Assembly: GCA_019661945.1 (NCBI GenBank)
Contig: JAIFWI010000001.1
Span: 6,342-70,341 of the forward strand
Length of the DNA stretch: 64,000 nt
From: Candidatus Parcubacteria bacterium
GTDB taxonomy: Bacteria; Patescibacteriota; Minisyncoccia; Phycocordibacterales; JAKAEA01
Direction of reading: 5' to 3'
Part shown: positions 18,377-28,272 of the stretch, piece after piece
Layout of the letters: the number at the start of each line of letters is the position of its first letter
How positions within the stretch are numbered: the first letter of the stretch is position 1
Position numbers and translations under genes: made by a program
The notes under the pieces: model-generated
The model's input: only the letters and a program-made list of their open reading frames with translations
Databases searched by the model: none
Told to the model about the DNA's origin: nothing

Positions 18377-18763
18377 ATGAAATTTCTCATTGCTGGCTTG
18401 GCCTTGTTCATGGTTGGCTGTACTACACCTAGTGTTTCAGATCAAAACTCCCGGAAAGAGCTTCTGGGAGAATCGCGGACAGTTTATCTTGAAGAAGAGC
18501 CTTTTCGGGTCATTGTGCACGCTCTGGGTTTGTCATTTCCAACAGCGGTAGCTCATGCCAGGGGTGTGGATGTTCATGGCAATCAGCTTTTTGTGGCTCT
18601 GAACCATAATATGGGCTGGAATAAGGGTGACTTTGTTGTGTGCAGCCCTATCTACATGGACAGAATGCTTCTCGACAAGTTTTTAAAATTTCTGAGTGAG
18701 AACAGCCAGAAAAAGCAAAAGAAAGACAAAAAGGAGGAAAAGAAAACCAAATCCCAAAGGTGA
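18377..18763 (+). CDS. Hypothetical lipoprotein with Lys-rich C-tail
   Basis: LALFMVGC lipobox; KKQKKDKKEEKKTKSQR tail. Confidence 0.45.
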   Translation: MKFLIAGLALFMVGCTTPSVSDQNSRKELLGESRTVYLEEEPFRVIVHALGLSFPTAVAHARGVDVHGNQLFVALNHNMGWNKGDFVVCSPIYMDRMLLDKFLKFLSENSQKKQKKDKKEEKKTKSQR

Positions 18764-18826
18764 ACCTGGAGGGATTTTTTTATTGATATATCTTCCTGTA
18801 AGGAGGGGCTTGGTCGACCGTCCAAA

Positions 18827-20068
18827 TTGGATATGAGTACCAAGAAGTTTTTAATTACAACAACACTTGTAGTATTGCCAGCACTTTTGCTGATTGTATA
18901 TTCGCGATTTAGCACTGTTAAGGCCCAGAATGAAAGTGCATCCGAGTCATCACAATATAGTGAAGTATTTATGGCCCACCTCGATGGCAGTCAAGAAGTG
19001 CCGCCTATTTCAACCACAACAGCTATGGGCCATGCCGATATAAAAGTTAGACGAGACAATACTACTTCTTCAACTACTATTGAATACACCCTAGGCTTGC
19101 AAAACATTACTAATGTCACAGCGGCTCATTTCCACTGCGCAGCTCCAGGCCAGAATGGTCCGGTGATTGTGCCTATTTTATCTCACAGTGCAGGACAAGA
19201 TTATGCCTCAAGCTCGGTTTCAGGCACTATTACTTGGGCAGATGTGTTGCCGGCAGCAATGAATTGCAGTCCAAACATTCAAACTATGGAGCATTTTATT
19301 CAAGCTATGCGTGAAGGTAAAATCTATGTCAATGTTCACACAACAGAAAATCCCAATGGTGAAATCCGCGGTCAGGTTATGACAGGCAATTTGATGCCAA
19401 TGATGCCAAGCGCTACGTCGACGGCGACATCAACTATGCCGACGCCTACTCCAACACCCACACCAACTCCGAGCCCAACGCCAGTAGCGACTTCGACTGA
19501 TACAACAGCAACAACCACCACGCCATTTTCAACAGGCTTGCCAGGACATTATTTTGTCTTCGTGTCACCTGACTCATATTATAAAATGCAGGGCGGAGCA
19601 GTTTCATTTACAGGCACACACTTTTATCCTGGAGAAACTGTAACCATTCGGCGCGATGGAACTGTTGTGGGAACTGCTGTAGCCAATGCTTCGGGACAAT
19701 TTATGACAGGCAACGTAGATATCCCATATGCATCTGGTCAAAGAAGTTTCACCTTTATTGGTTCAGTCAGCAATATTTCATTTCCGGTTGGCATCTGGGT
19801 TGATGGTTCAAACCCATGGCTAAGCTTGAGCACCTATTACGCTGGAGATGCTGCACCTATCACTATTACTGGACATGGCTTTGGCAGCGGGGAAGAGGTC
19901 ACCGTTTGGTTTGATGGCATGAATCGCGGGATGGTCCTGACCTCACAAAATGGAGAGTTTAGCTTAACAACAGTAGTGCCGGATAATACCGCTGGACAAA
20001 AAACTGTTGAAGCCAAAGGCTCGAGGACTGGCGCTGTAGCTCAACAAAGTTTTAGTCAGGCTTTCTAA
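18827..20068 (+). CDS. Secreted CHRD-domain protein with Pro/Thr linker and C-terminal Ig-like beta domain
   Basis: CHRD signature: AHLDGSQEVPP...AAHFHCAAPGQNGPV...IYVNVHTTENPNGEIRGQV; TPTPTPTPTPSPTP linker. Confidence 0.7.
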   Translation: MDMSTKKFLITTTLVVLPALLLIVYSRFSTVKAQNESASESSQYSEVFMAHLDGSQEVPPISTTTAMGHADIKVRRDNTTSSTTIEYTLGLQNITNVTAAHFHCAAPGQNGPVIVPILSHSAGQDYASSSVSGTITWADVLPAAMNCSPNIQTMEHFIQAMREGKIYVNVHTTENPNGEIRGQVMTGNLMPMMPSATSTATSTMPTPTPTPTPTPSPTPVATSTDTTATTTTPFSTGLPGHYFVFVSPDSYYKMQGGAVSFTGTHFYPGETVTIRRDGTVVGTAVANASGQFMTGNVDIPYASGQRSFTFIGSVSNISFPVGIWVDGSNPWLSLSTYYAGDAAPITITGHGFGSGEEVTVWFDGMNRGMVLTSQNGEFSLTTVVPDNTAGQKTVEAKGSRTGAVAQQSFSQAF

Positions 20069-20121
20069 TTTTTAAAAAGTATTATAAGATGCTTATGTAC
20101 TTATAAATTAAATATGTACTT

Positions 20122-20538
20122 ATGAATCGAAATGCATTTATTGCGGTTGTAGTTATCCTTGTTCTTATTATCGCTGGAGTGGTCCTCGCAAAATCAATGG
20201 GTCAAGACCAAACCGTGGTTGAAAATCCTACACCTACACCTCTAGCTACTGCCACCTCAATTCCTTCTACAGCTTCAAGTACAGCAAAAACATATCCTCT
20301 AACCGAAGTTGCTAAGCACAATAAGAGCACAGACTGCTGGTTGGCTATTAGCGGCAAGGTCTATGATGTTACTAAATTTATAGCAAGCGGTATGCATCCA
20401 GGCGGTGAGGCAATTTTGCAAGGCTGCGGTAAAGATGCTACAACACTTTTTGAGACACGACCTATGGGTTCAGGCACACCACACTCAGCTCAGGCTCATG
20501 CTGCTTTAGTCAACTTCTATATTGGTGATTTGAAGTAA
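20122..20538 (+). CDS. Membrane-anchored cytochrome b5-like heme-binding domain protein
   Basis: TEVAKHNKSTDCWLAISGKVYDVTKFIASGMHPGGEAILQGCGKDATTLFE = Cyt-b5 fold HPGG motif; N-term TM. Confidence 0.7.
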   Translation: MNRNAFIAVVVILVLIIAGVVLAKSMGQDQTVVENPTPTPLATATSIPSTASSTAKTYPLTEVAKHNKSTDCWLAISGKVYDVTKFIASGMHPGGEAILQGCGKDATTLFETRPMGSGTPHSAQAHAALVNFYIGDLK

Positions 20539-20556
20539 ACTTCGTATAATAACTCC

Positions 20557-21882
20557 ATGAAAGTAATTCAGCGCGAACGCGGGAAGATACTATTCCTAAT
20601 CATTTTCCTATTTATTCCGCTTGGTATTTGGTTGGGTGGAGAAGGACAGCAATTTCTGTTTACCAATCTCTATACCAGCTTAACTACTATCGGCAAAATT
20701 GCCGGCATCATTGGCGTAGGTTTCTTTGCTGGCAATATGTTTTTGTCTGGACGATATAAAGTTTTGGATAGACTCTTTCACGGTCTCGATCGAGTGTATC
20801 TTTTTCATCGACAGACGGGCATTCGAGCATTTGTGCTGCTGACTATTCATCTTTTAGCTTTGACCTTCAGAAATCTGGCATTTTCATTTCAGGCTGTTAT
20901 TGATTTTACGACGAGCTTTAGTAACATTCCGGTCCTTATCGGCAGGGTAGGGTATTACGGTTTTTTAGTTCTTATCATCATTACCCTTTTTGTTCGCATG
21001 AAATATGAGCGGTTGAAAAGACTGCACCAATTTATGGGCGTCTTTTTGTTTTTCGGCGGCTTACATGTCTATCTCATTCCATCAGATGTTTCGGTTAATA
21101 TGTATCTGCGCTGGTATATTTTAGGTATTGTTGCTTTGGCCCTGATAAGTTATTCCTGGCGAGTATTATTGCGGCGCTGGATTATTCAGAGAACTATTGC
21201 TGACGTTATTGCAGTTAATAAGCTTGGCGACACCGTGATAGAAGTAGTCATGAAACCCCAAAAGGAGAAAGTAAATTTTATTCCAGGCCAATTTATTTTT
21301 GTAAAATTTAAACAACCTGGTTTCCCATATGAAGATCATCCATTTTCACTGACGGCTTCAACAGAAGAGCCAACCTTAAGAATCTCGGCAAAAGCCTTAG
21401 GAGATTTTACAAAAAAGCTGCCCGAATTAAAGCCTGGCGCAGAAGCTCACATTCAGGGACCATTTGGTGGCTTTAGTTTCTTAAAATCAGAAAATAAAAA
21501 ACAAATTTGGATTGCCGGTGGTATTGGCATTACGCCATTTATGAGTATGGCTCGGTCATTGCGCGATAGGGTAGAGAAGGATCCTACATTAAAAGAATAT
21601 GACATTACACTTTTCTACTCAGTTAAAAATGAGCCTGAACATATTTATGCAAAAGAGCTGGAAGAGATTTCACAAAAATTACCTAATTTTCATTTCATTC
21701 CTTGGGTAACTGATCGAGATGGCTTTATTAATGCCGCTAGGGTTCATCAAAAAATAAAAGTCACAGACGAAACTATTTTCATTTGCGGCCCAAAGCCAAT
21801 GTTGAATGCCCTCCGCGACCAATTCCAAATTCTCGGTATTTCCAGAAGCCGTATTCATTTTGAATTATTTAAATTGCTCTAG
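20557..21882 (+). CDS. Ferric-reductase/NOX-family membrane oxidoreductase (ferric reductase TM domain + FAD + NAD(P)-binding)
   Basis: 6-TM N-domain with paired His (HRQTGIRAFVLLTIHLLAL; HQFMGVFLFFGGLHVYL); HPFS FAD motif; GGIGITPFMSM NAD(P) motif; CGP near C-term. Confidence 0.75.
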   Translation: MKVIQRERGKILFLIIFLFIPLGIWLGGEGQQFLFTNLYTSLTTIGKIAGIIGVGFFAGNMFLSGRYKVLDRLFHGLDRVYLFHRQTGIRAFVLLTIHLLALTFRNLAFSFQAVIDFTTSFSNIPVLIGRVGYYGFLVLIIITLFVRMKYERLKRLHQFMGVFLFFGGLHVYLIPSDVSVNMYLRWYILGIVALALISYSWRVLLRRWIIQRTIADVIAVNKLGDTVIEVVMKPQKEKVNFIPGQFIFVKFKQPGFPYEDHPFSLTASTEEPTLRISAKALGDFTKKLPELKPGAEAHIQGPFGGFSFLKSENKKQIWIAGGIGITPFMSMARSLRDRVEKDPTLKEYDITLFYSVKNEPEHIYAKELEEISQKLPNFHFIPWVTDRDGFINAARVHQKIKVTDETIFICGPKPMLNALRDQFQILGISRSRIHFELFKLL

Positions 21883-21954
21883 TGTACATATATTAAATTT
21901 TGTGGTATAACACTTTCTGGAAGAGGGTTACGTGAACCACAAACAGGAGGCTTC

Positions 21955-22494
21955 ATGCCAAGTGCCGAAGATTTGAGGATGGCTCAGCAGGCAGCTGCAC
22001 TCATCGATCTGCTTGATCGGAGTGTTTTCCCAAGCAATAAGGGGAAAGTCTATGTTCTGACGGAAGAAGAACCACCAGATGAAAATGTCGAATTGAGATC
22101 ATCAGGTTCAGGGCAAGCAATGTACATTCTCTGGGCCAGTGGTATCAGTCGATACTTCGCAGAACTCATGGAAGGTCGATCTGGGATAGCCTGGGAAGCC
22201 TATGTCTGGAGTTATGCGGCACAGTTTGTTCGCAGACGATTCCAGATCGATGGCATACCTACGCTGCTACGTCCCACTGATGTTCGAATGTTTCCCGAGC
22301 TTGTGGATATGAGTAGGGATGTTGAGGAAACGCTGAAGGCAACAAGTCCACATGACTTTGATCAACGCTACGATGCAGTAATAGTTGAGATTTTGACAGC
22401 AAACGAGGTAATGGATGGCAGGGATACTCTTGAACATCTGGCAGACCTTGTCAGGGTCTCACCCACAACACTAGCTCATTTCGCGGCACCGTAG
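21955..22494 (+). CDS. Hypothetical protein (GC-rich)
   Basis: 179 aa; CAGGAGG RBS 6 nt upstream; no family recognised. Confidence 0.45.
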   Translation: MPSAEDLRMAQQAAALIDLLDRSVFPSNKGKVYVLTEEEPPDENVELRSSGSGQAMYILWASGISRYFAELMEGRSGIAWEAYVWSYAAQFVRRRFQIDGIPTLLRPTDVRMFPELVDMSRDVEETLKATSPHDFDQRYDAVIVEILTANEVMDGRDTLEHLADLVRVSPTTLAHFAAP

Positions 22495-22516
22495 AAACCG
22501 GTGCTTTTTAATACAT

Positions 22517-22930
22517 TCATTGAGTTCCATCCCGATTCTTTTTCAAAAATTCGGCATAGCATTCGCTGACACGTTTGACCATTTCGCTCGGGATAGCATT
22601 TACTTTGATGTAGAAGCCAATGGTAGATGGCAATTTCTTTACTTCATCGCCTAAATGTCCAATTTGAGCATTCGTTAAGTAAATGATAGGAATAGATTTC
22701 GTATGCTTATTTGCTTGGAGCATGGTTGCCAGACTGACTCCATTCAAATCAGAGGTACTAAATAGCAAGTCCATTAAGATAAGATCTGGCGATTTATGCC
22801 GTACCTCCGAGACAATATTCTGGCTCGGAGTTGTGATGATAGAAACCTTAAAGCCTGCATCAGAAAACTTCTTAGAATACATGGCATCAAATGTAGTGTC
22901 ATCATCAATGATTAAAATTTTTGTTGACAT
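22517..22930 (-). CDS. Stand-alone response-regulator receiver (CheY-like REC) domain protein
   Basis: ILIIDDD acidic pocket, phospho-acceptor D in LILMDLLF, conserved K downstream; 137 aa, no output domain. Confidence 0.7.
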   Translation of the reverse strand: MSTKILIIDDDTTFDAMYSKKFSDAGFKVSIITTPSQNIVSEVRHKSPDLILMDLLFSTSDLNGVSLATMLQANKHTKSIPIIYLTNAQIGHLGDEVKKLPSTIGFYIKVNAIPSEMVKRVSECYAEFLKKNRDGTQ

Positions 22931-23010
22931 AATTTAATGATATACCTACTCTCTCGAAAGTAAAGTGAGAAAGGAAAAGAAAAAACACTCAACGAGATGA
23001 GTGTGTATTG

Positions 23011-23403
23011 TCAATTGCTACGGGCAATTCGTCTTATCTCATGCTGAGCGATTGCATCGGAGGGTGAGAGATGAGTATCAATTTTTTCAACCGGTATGGT
23101 TAACCCATAGCTCCGTATCTCAAGTGTGAGCCATCTAAGAAATCGATGACCCTCATCAGTGGTTCGTTCGTAGAGTGCGTCCGTGCAAATTGATTGCAAT
23201 CTTTCACGGTAGTATCCAACCATGTCGGACCAGAAGCCATTAAACAGGCCTTCTGAAAAAGCCATTGCCCTTGCTTCCTGCCAATCAGCAGGTGATACAA
23301 GGCTAACCCACTCATCTAAAAAAACTCGGCATGTGGATGCTCTGTTTTCCAATACCCATTTCTCAACAGTGTCGAAAAACTCTCCAAATGTTCTAGTAGC
23401 CAT
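23011..23403 (-). CDS. Hypothetical protein (GC-rich)
   Basis: 130 aa; AAAGGAGA RBS 5 nt upstream of ATG. Confidence 0.45.
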   Translation of the reverse strand: MATRTFGEFFDTVEKWVLENRASTCRVFLDEWVSLVSPADWQEARAMAFSEGLFNGFWSDMVGYYRERLQSICTDALYERTTDEGHRFLRWLTLEIRSYGLTIPVEKIDTHLSPSDAIAQHEIRRIARSN

Positions 23404-23700
23404 ACTGTCTCCTTTCAGGGGTAGGGGATCCTTCTCTCATCGTTCCTTTAATACTCTACTCTTTATTTACTGAAAAGTCTCCTTTAATTTCATACATCAA
23501 GTGATTTTATAAATTAATAGTAATAAATATTATTGCGACACTTGTCAAATGGGGACGTGAAACCTGCCTGTGGATAACTTTTGAGGGGGCCCTCTCTTCA
23601 TCTTAGATATACGTCGCACAATATATCTTTTACGACTCTAATATAAAATAAATACAGCTAAAGCATGGCTTCAAATAAAAAGCCCCCGCAGGCTTAGTTC

Positions 23701-23937
23701 CTACTGGGACTTCGATGCACTGGGCATCATTCTTCTTTGTCGATGTTGCTGTTTGTTGAACTGGCTCCTCACCTTGGGTCCTTGTCTCGGTTTCTTGGTT
23801 CGAGCATAGACTCTGTGAGTCACACATCCAGTCAACGAAAGATCCTGCCGATCCAGCGGCGTTCTCTGGGCCAGTGCGAGCATGATGAGCATCACGTGCA
23901 TGCTTGTACCCAGCGAGCCGAGCTGCATCAGTTCCAT
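23701..23937 (-). CDS. Small hypothetical protein (78 aa) with own promoter, GGAGGA RBS and terminator
   Basis: RBS GGAGGA-5nt-ATG; TTGACC-17-TAAACT upstream; hairpin+U-run downstream; one hydrophobic segment and basic tail. Confidence 0.4.
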   Translation of the reverse strand: MELMQLGSLGTSMHVMLIMLALAQRTPLDRQDLSLTGCVTHRVYARTKKPRQGPKVRSQFNKQQHRQRRMMPSASKSQ

Positions 23938-23983
23938 AAACGTCCTCCGTGAATGGGTTGAGAGGTTCGCGACGCCTACTGTT

Positions 23984-24013
23984 GAGTTTAAATCTTTATG
24001 GGTGATGGGTCAA
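23984..24013 (-). promoter_or_regulatory. Putative sigma70-type promoter TTGACC-17-TAAACT for the 78-aa ORF
   Basis: Read on minus strand: ttgacc catcacccataaagatt taaact. Confidence 0.35.
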
Positions 24014-24023
24014 CTAATTCTGT

Positions 24024-25916
24024 CTATTCAAGGAGAGTTGCAATAAGATCTTCGACATTGCCGACGGCCACTCCGGCGTATGAATCAGCCGCGCCGTAAT
24101 ACATATAGAGCATGTTCTTTCGAATTACGGCGCCGCAAGGGAAGACCACGTTTCCAACTTGGCCTTCCCTTTCATATTTTTCTTTTGGTTCAAAAATAAA
24201 ATCAGAAGATCGGGCAATAACTTTTGTTGGATCTTTTTTATCAAGAAGAGCCAATCCTGCACGATATATGCCATCATCAGAGATTCCATGATATACAAAG
24301 AGCCAGCCATATTCGGTTTCAAGTGGCGGACAAGAAAGGCCGACTTTTTTACTATCCCACATACCTGGGCGCGGTTTCATAATGACAACATGATCAGTTA
24401 CTCGGGTCGGATTTATAAGATCAACAAAGCTGGCCCAAATTTCGTGATTAATACGATGAATAAAAAGATGTTTGCGGCCCTTTTTAACGGGCATAATGCA
24501 GGCATCCTTATCATCGGTGCCGACAGGAGAAATAAGAATGGATGGTTCCCAGCGCCAGCGTCGGGCGAGAAAATCATCTGCGGTGATACTGGTCATGGCT
24601 ACAGCCGGCGGTTCAATGCCATTATAGGCTGTATAGGTCATATAAATTCGGTTGCCGACAAGTACGGCCCGGGCATCTTCACAGCCAGAATTGCCATTCG
24701 GCACGCCTTTTCTTTCAAATGTTTCATGCGGAGTATAGATCGGATCTTTAAGCCGCTCGCTAATCGTCACACCGTCATTTGATACGGCATAACCGATAGT
24801 CGAAGTATTATCTTCGGACATTGCTCGATATAAGAGGTGAACCTGGCCATGTAGTTCAAAGGCAGCTGGATTAAACACAGCTCTATTTTCCCAACTGTTT
24901 TTTGTTGGTTTCAAAATAGGATTTTTGGCTGAGCGGAGCAGAATCTTCTCTCGCCCACCGAGCATACTGAAAATAAGATGCGATAGGGTGACTTCAGTGA
25001 TAGAAACAGTCGTATCAGTACTGCCATAAAAAATACGTAAGGTGTCCCCTTCTATAACCGCGCCAGAAGGGAAAATAGTATTTGGTACGGTGCCATATTT
25101 TTCGTATGATTCTTCCGGCACAAACATTGGTGATGAAGTTCTGCCGATTATTTTTTTAGGATCTTTGAGGTCGAGCAATACGGCTTCAATACCAAACACT
25201 TTATCCGGGCTAAAATATTTTTGAATATGAGCGTAGATCAAAAGCCAGCCATACTTAGTTTTAAGTGGTACTGCACCAACTTCGATTTGGTCGTCATCTT
25301 TACGCTTCAGGTTAACAATATGGCTATCAATATTTTTGTACCATTTATTCCAGAACTCGGCTGACCACATCTCCTCTTCCCTCTCGCATTGAGCAATAGC
25401 AATTTTTGACGGTGGTAAATCTGAATTTGCCGTTAAAATCATCGTGAATTTGCCGTTAATTTTTTCAGGAAATAAAGCCATAGCTTTTGAATTGAATGGT
25501 GTCACCAAATGCTTAGCGGTAATTGTTTCCAAATCATTGCTGACAGCTACGCCAATTTTTATACCTTCTGCATTAAACGGAAAATGAGACAGTGCCGTAT
25601 AAAATGTATAATATTTGCCATTCAAATATGTTACCCGAGGATCTTCACAGCCATAGCGTTCCCATTCTTTTTCTGGAGTGATATAGGCGCTGCGATTGCC
25701 GAAATGAATGCCGTCTTTGCTGGTAGCTTTGCAAATTTGTGACATTGAGAATTGGCTATTCTCAAATCGCTCAGGTGTTGACATTGCTCGATACAACAAA
25801 TGGGTCGTTGATCGAATTTGGATTGGGCAGCCATTAAAAACAGCATAAGCCTCCCAAGGATGGTCTTGGACTGGGCTCAATATTGGATTGTGGACTGAAC
25901 GACGGACGACAAACAT
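24024..25916 (-). CDS. Tandem-domain GH130/DUF377-like beta-propeller glycosidase/phosphorylase
   Basis: Two repeats of NPA...LLYRAMS...IGYA.S.DG...GCEDPRV/GCEDARA...Y.TY motif pattern; 630 aa. Confidence 0.6.
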   Translation of the reverse strand: MFVVRRSVHNPILSPVQDHPWEAYAVFNGCPIQIRSTTHLLYRAMSTPERFENSQFSMSQICKATSKDGIHFGNRSAYITPEKEWERYGCEDPRVTYLNGKYYTFYTALSHFPFNAEGIKIGVAVSNDLETITAKHLVTPFNSKAMALFPEKINGKFTMILTANSDLPPSKIAIAQCEREEEMWSAEFWNKWYKNIDSHIVNLKRKDDDQIEVGAVPLKTKYGWLLIYAHIQKYFSPDKVFGIEAVLLDLKDPKKIIGRTSSPMFVPEESYEKYGTVPNTIFPSGAVIEGDTLRIFYGSTDTTVSITEVTLSHLIFSMLGGREKILLRSAKNPILKPTKNSWENRAVFNPAAFELHGQVHLLYRAMSEDNTSTIGYAVSNDGVTISERLKDPIYTPHETFERKGVPNGNSGCEDARAVLVGNRIYMTYTAYNGIEPPAVAMTSITADDFLARRWRWEPSILISPVGTDDKDACIMPVKKGRKHLFIHRINHEIWASFVDLINPTRVTDHVVIMKPRPGMWDSKKVGLSCPPLETEYGWLFVYHGISDDGIYRAGLALLDKKDPTKVIARSSDFIFEPKEKYEREGQVGNVVFPCGAVIRKNMLYMYYGAADSYAGVAVGNVEDLIATLLE

Positions 25917-25917
25917 A

Positions 25918-27783
25918 TTAAATAATTAAGGGTTGTTTAGGATTAAGTTCAATAGTAGCATCTTCTTTCACTTTCTCTAAAAATGAATCAAGCGGTGATG
26001 AGGCGACACATACGACCTTGTCTCCTCCGCCGTAATATACATACAGCTCATCATCTTTTATGATCGCTCCAGATGCGTACACCACTCCAGGCTTACCATC
26101 ATTTTCATAATGCATATCAGGACACAAAATGGGATGTGATGTTCGGTATAAAATTTTCTCAGGGTTATCAGTATCTAAAATCATTGCGCCGAGTTTGTAT
26201 TTGTGCGGATCAAAAACATCATTGGCATGATACAACAAGAGCCAGCCTGCCGGTGTTTTTATCGGTGGAGGCCCTGCGCCGCGAACTTTATTATCCCAAT
26301 GTTGCATTCGCCCGCCGATTGGCGGTTTACTTTTTATGAATGTTTTTCCATTAAACTCGGACAATGAATCGGCGTAGTGAATAGAAATTTGAGGTGTAAT
26401 GCTGTGGAGCACAGCAAATTTGCCTTTAACTTTTTCTGGGAACAGAACCCAATTCTTGTGGATTTCGCCGGGTGGAGAAATAAATTGTGGTCGCTTCCAT
26501 TTCCATATTTCATTATTCAAATCTTTTTGACTGATTGAGGTTAAGGCAATACGCATTGAATTCCAGCCGCCGAAAGCTAAATACGTAACATAAATCCGCT
26601 TGCCGATTTTAACTGCCCGTGGATCTTCACAGCCTGCCCAGCCACCGCCAGAAGCGTATTCAGCCGGATTATAGGTTCGTGAGCCAGCATCTATTTCAGG
26701 TCCTGGCAGAGCGTGACCATCATGCGGCTCATATACAGGCTCATCTCGTCGAGTGAAATCAAGGCCATCTTTACTTGAGGCATAACCCAGGACTGATAAA
26801 CCGCTTTTGCCGATAGCTCGGTACAAGAGGTGAATTTTGCCGTCGTCGTATATTGCCGCCGGATTAAAGACAGCTTCGTTCTCCCATTCATTTTCGCTAT
26901 GAGGAGCAATAATAGGATTTTTGGGATGACGCTTAAGATAAGGTTTCTCTTTTGGCGGACTGATTGCAGTTGTAAACGGTGTGGCCAAGACTGCCGTCAG
27001 GATTGAGCCATCTTCAGTCGCCCAAAAGAGTGTGGTCCTGCCTTCGAGTGTAATAAGACCTATTGGATAGGCTCGGTGCTTGCCCGTAACCTTGACCATG
27101 GCTTTCCAGACAGGAATATCAGAACGCCAAATAATTTTGCCCGGCTCGTCTCGTGAAAAGAGTACTGCTCCTGCCTGTATCATATCAAGGGTGCCATTTG
27201 AAATGGTTGCATCATAAAACATGAGGATTCCTCTTTTGGTTATGGTTGCCCCAATAATTTTCATGTCTCCCGAATCAAAGGCATAATTGCGAGATGTGTA
27301 TAAGAGTCCAGACTCTTTTGACCACTTCTTGAGATCTTTTGACTTGGCATGGGTAACGAAAAGTCCACCGAGGTACAAAATATAATTTGTTTTTGTTGTG
27401 GCATTGACTACGAGTGCGGCATCATTAGTTGAAATATCAAGTTCAGATTTCACTGACCACATGTACAAATCTTTTGAGGTGGCAATAATTAAATTCTTTT
27501 TGTGTTTTTCAGTACGAATATAGGTGGCAATCCAACCATCAACACTTTTAGCAAATTTAAAGTGGGAACATATTTTAGGATTCTCCTTTTTATCAGCAGT
27601 TATATAAATAGTAACTTCTTTGCTGATGGTTTTATAATGAGCTTCATCAGTGCTCCAAATAATTAAAAATTTTGAACTGACCGTTTTAATTTGCTTAACA
27701 AAAATACCAGTCAAACCATGATGCGACAAAACGCCGAGCGGCACTACATTTCCCAGTTTGTCTTTTATTTTTATGGGAGTCAT
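25918..27783 (-). CDS. Tandem-domain GH130/DUF377-like beta-propeller glycosidase/phosphorylase (paralog of downstream gene)
   Basis: VFNPAAIYDDGKIHLLYRAIGKSGLSVLGYASSKDG...GCEDPRAVKIGKRIYVTY; 621 aa, adjacent paralog. Confidence 0.6.
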   Translation of the reverse strand: MTPIKIKDKLGNVVPLGVLSHHGLTGIFVKQIKTVSSKFLIIWSTDEAHYKTISKEVTIYITADKKENPKICSHFKFAKSVDGWIATYIRTEKHKKNLIIATSKDLYMWSVKSELDISTNDAALVVNATTKTNYILYLGGLFVTHAKSKDLKKWSKESGLLYTSRNYAFDSGDMKIIGATITKRGILMFYDATISNGTLDMIQAGAVLFSRDEPGKIIWRSDIPVWKAMVKVTGKHRAYPIGLITLEGRTTLFWATEDGSILTAVLATPFTTAISPPKEKPYLKRHPKNPIIAPHSENEWENEAVFNPAAIYDDGKIHLLYRAIGKSGLSVLGYASSKDGLDFTRRDEPVYEPHDGHALPGPEIDAGSRTYNPAEYASGGGWAGCEDPRAVKIGKRIYVTYLAFGGWNSMRIALTSISQKDLNNEIWKWKRPQFISPPGEIHKNWVLFPEKVKGKFAVLHSITPQISIHYADSLSEFNGKTFIKSKPPIGGRMQHWDNKVRGAGPPPIKTPAGWLLLYHANDVFDPHKYKLGAMILDTDNPEKILYRTSHPILCPDMHYENDGKPGVVYASGAIIKDDELYVYYGGGDKVVCVASSPLDSFLEKVKEDATIELNPKQPLII

Positions 27784-28136
27784 TTTACTCGGCCATAATT
27801 ATCTTTTAAACGGACAATATCGTTCTCATCGAATTCACCGAGGGAAATCTCCAGAATTTCAACAGCTTCATCCTCTGCTTTAATACGGTGATTGGTTTCT
27901 TCGGGTACTTCGATTTCATCGCCGGGTCGGCCTTTAACAACCTTATCTCCCACAGTAATAATTGGATGGCCTGAAAGAATACGCCAGAGCTCGCGTCTTT
28001 TATGGTGATATTGCAGGCTAAATTCCTGACCTGGATTAACCGTTATCAACTTTACCGTCGATGGTTCATTAAGAGTGAATTGAATAAAATTCCCCCAAGG
28101 TCTAGTTTCAGTTTTTAGAGCCATAAATAAAAGCAA
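27780..28136 (-). CDS. Cupin-domain protein (mannose-6-phosphate-isomerase-like cupin)
   Basis: RPWGNFIQF...VKLITVNPGQEFSLQYHHKRRELWRILSGH two-His cupin motif 1. Confidence 0.6.
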   Translation of the reverse strand: MLLFMALKTETRPWGNFIQFTLNEPSTVKLITVNPGQEFSLQYHHKRRELWRILSGHPIITVGDKVVKGRPGDEIEVPEETNHRIKAEDEAVEILEISLGEFDENDIVRLKDNYGRVK

Positions 28137-28272
28137 TCATAATGCAGTTATGTGTCTTTATTATATAACGATCTCTGCTATTAAAAAGCCCTAAAAAGCT
28201 TTAACTGTGTATATCTTTGGTTTTAATTTATCAAAAATTTATGAAAAAAGCCTCGACACTGTCGAGAGCTTA

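Noticed and set aside
19420-19500. Repetitive ccaacacc/ccgac DNA (TPTPTPTPTPSPTP)
   Set aside because: In-frame Pro/Thr linker of the CHRD protein, not a CRISPR or DNA repeat element.
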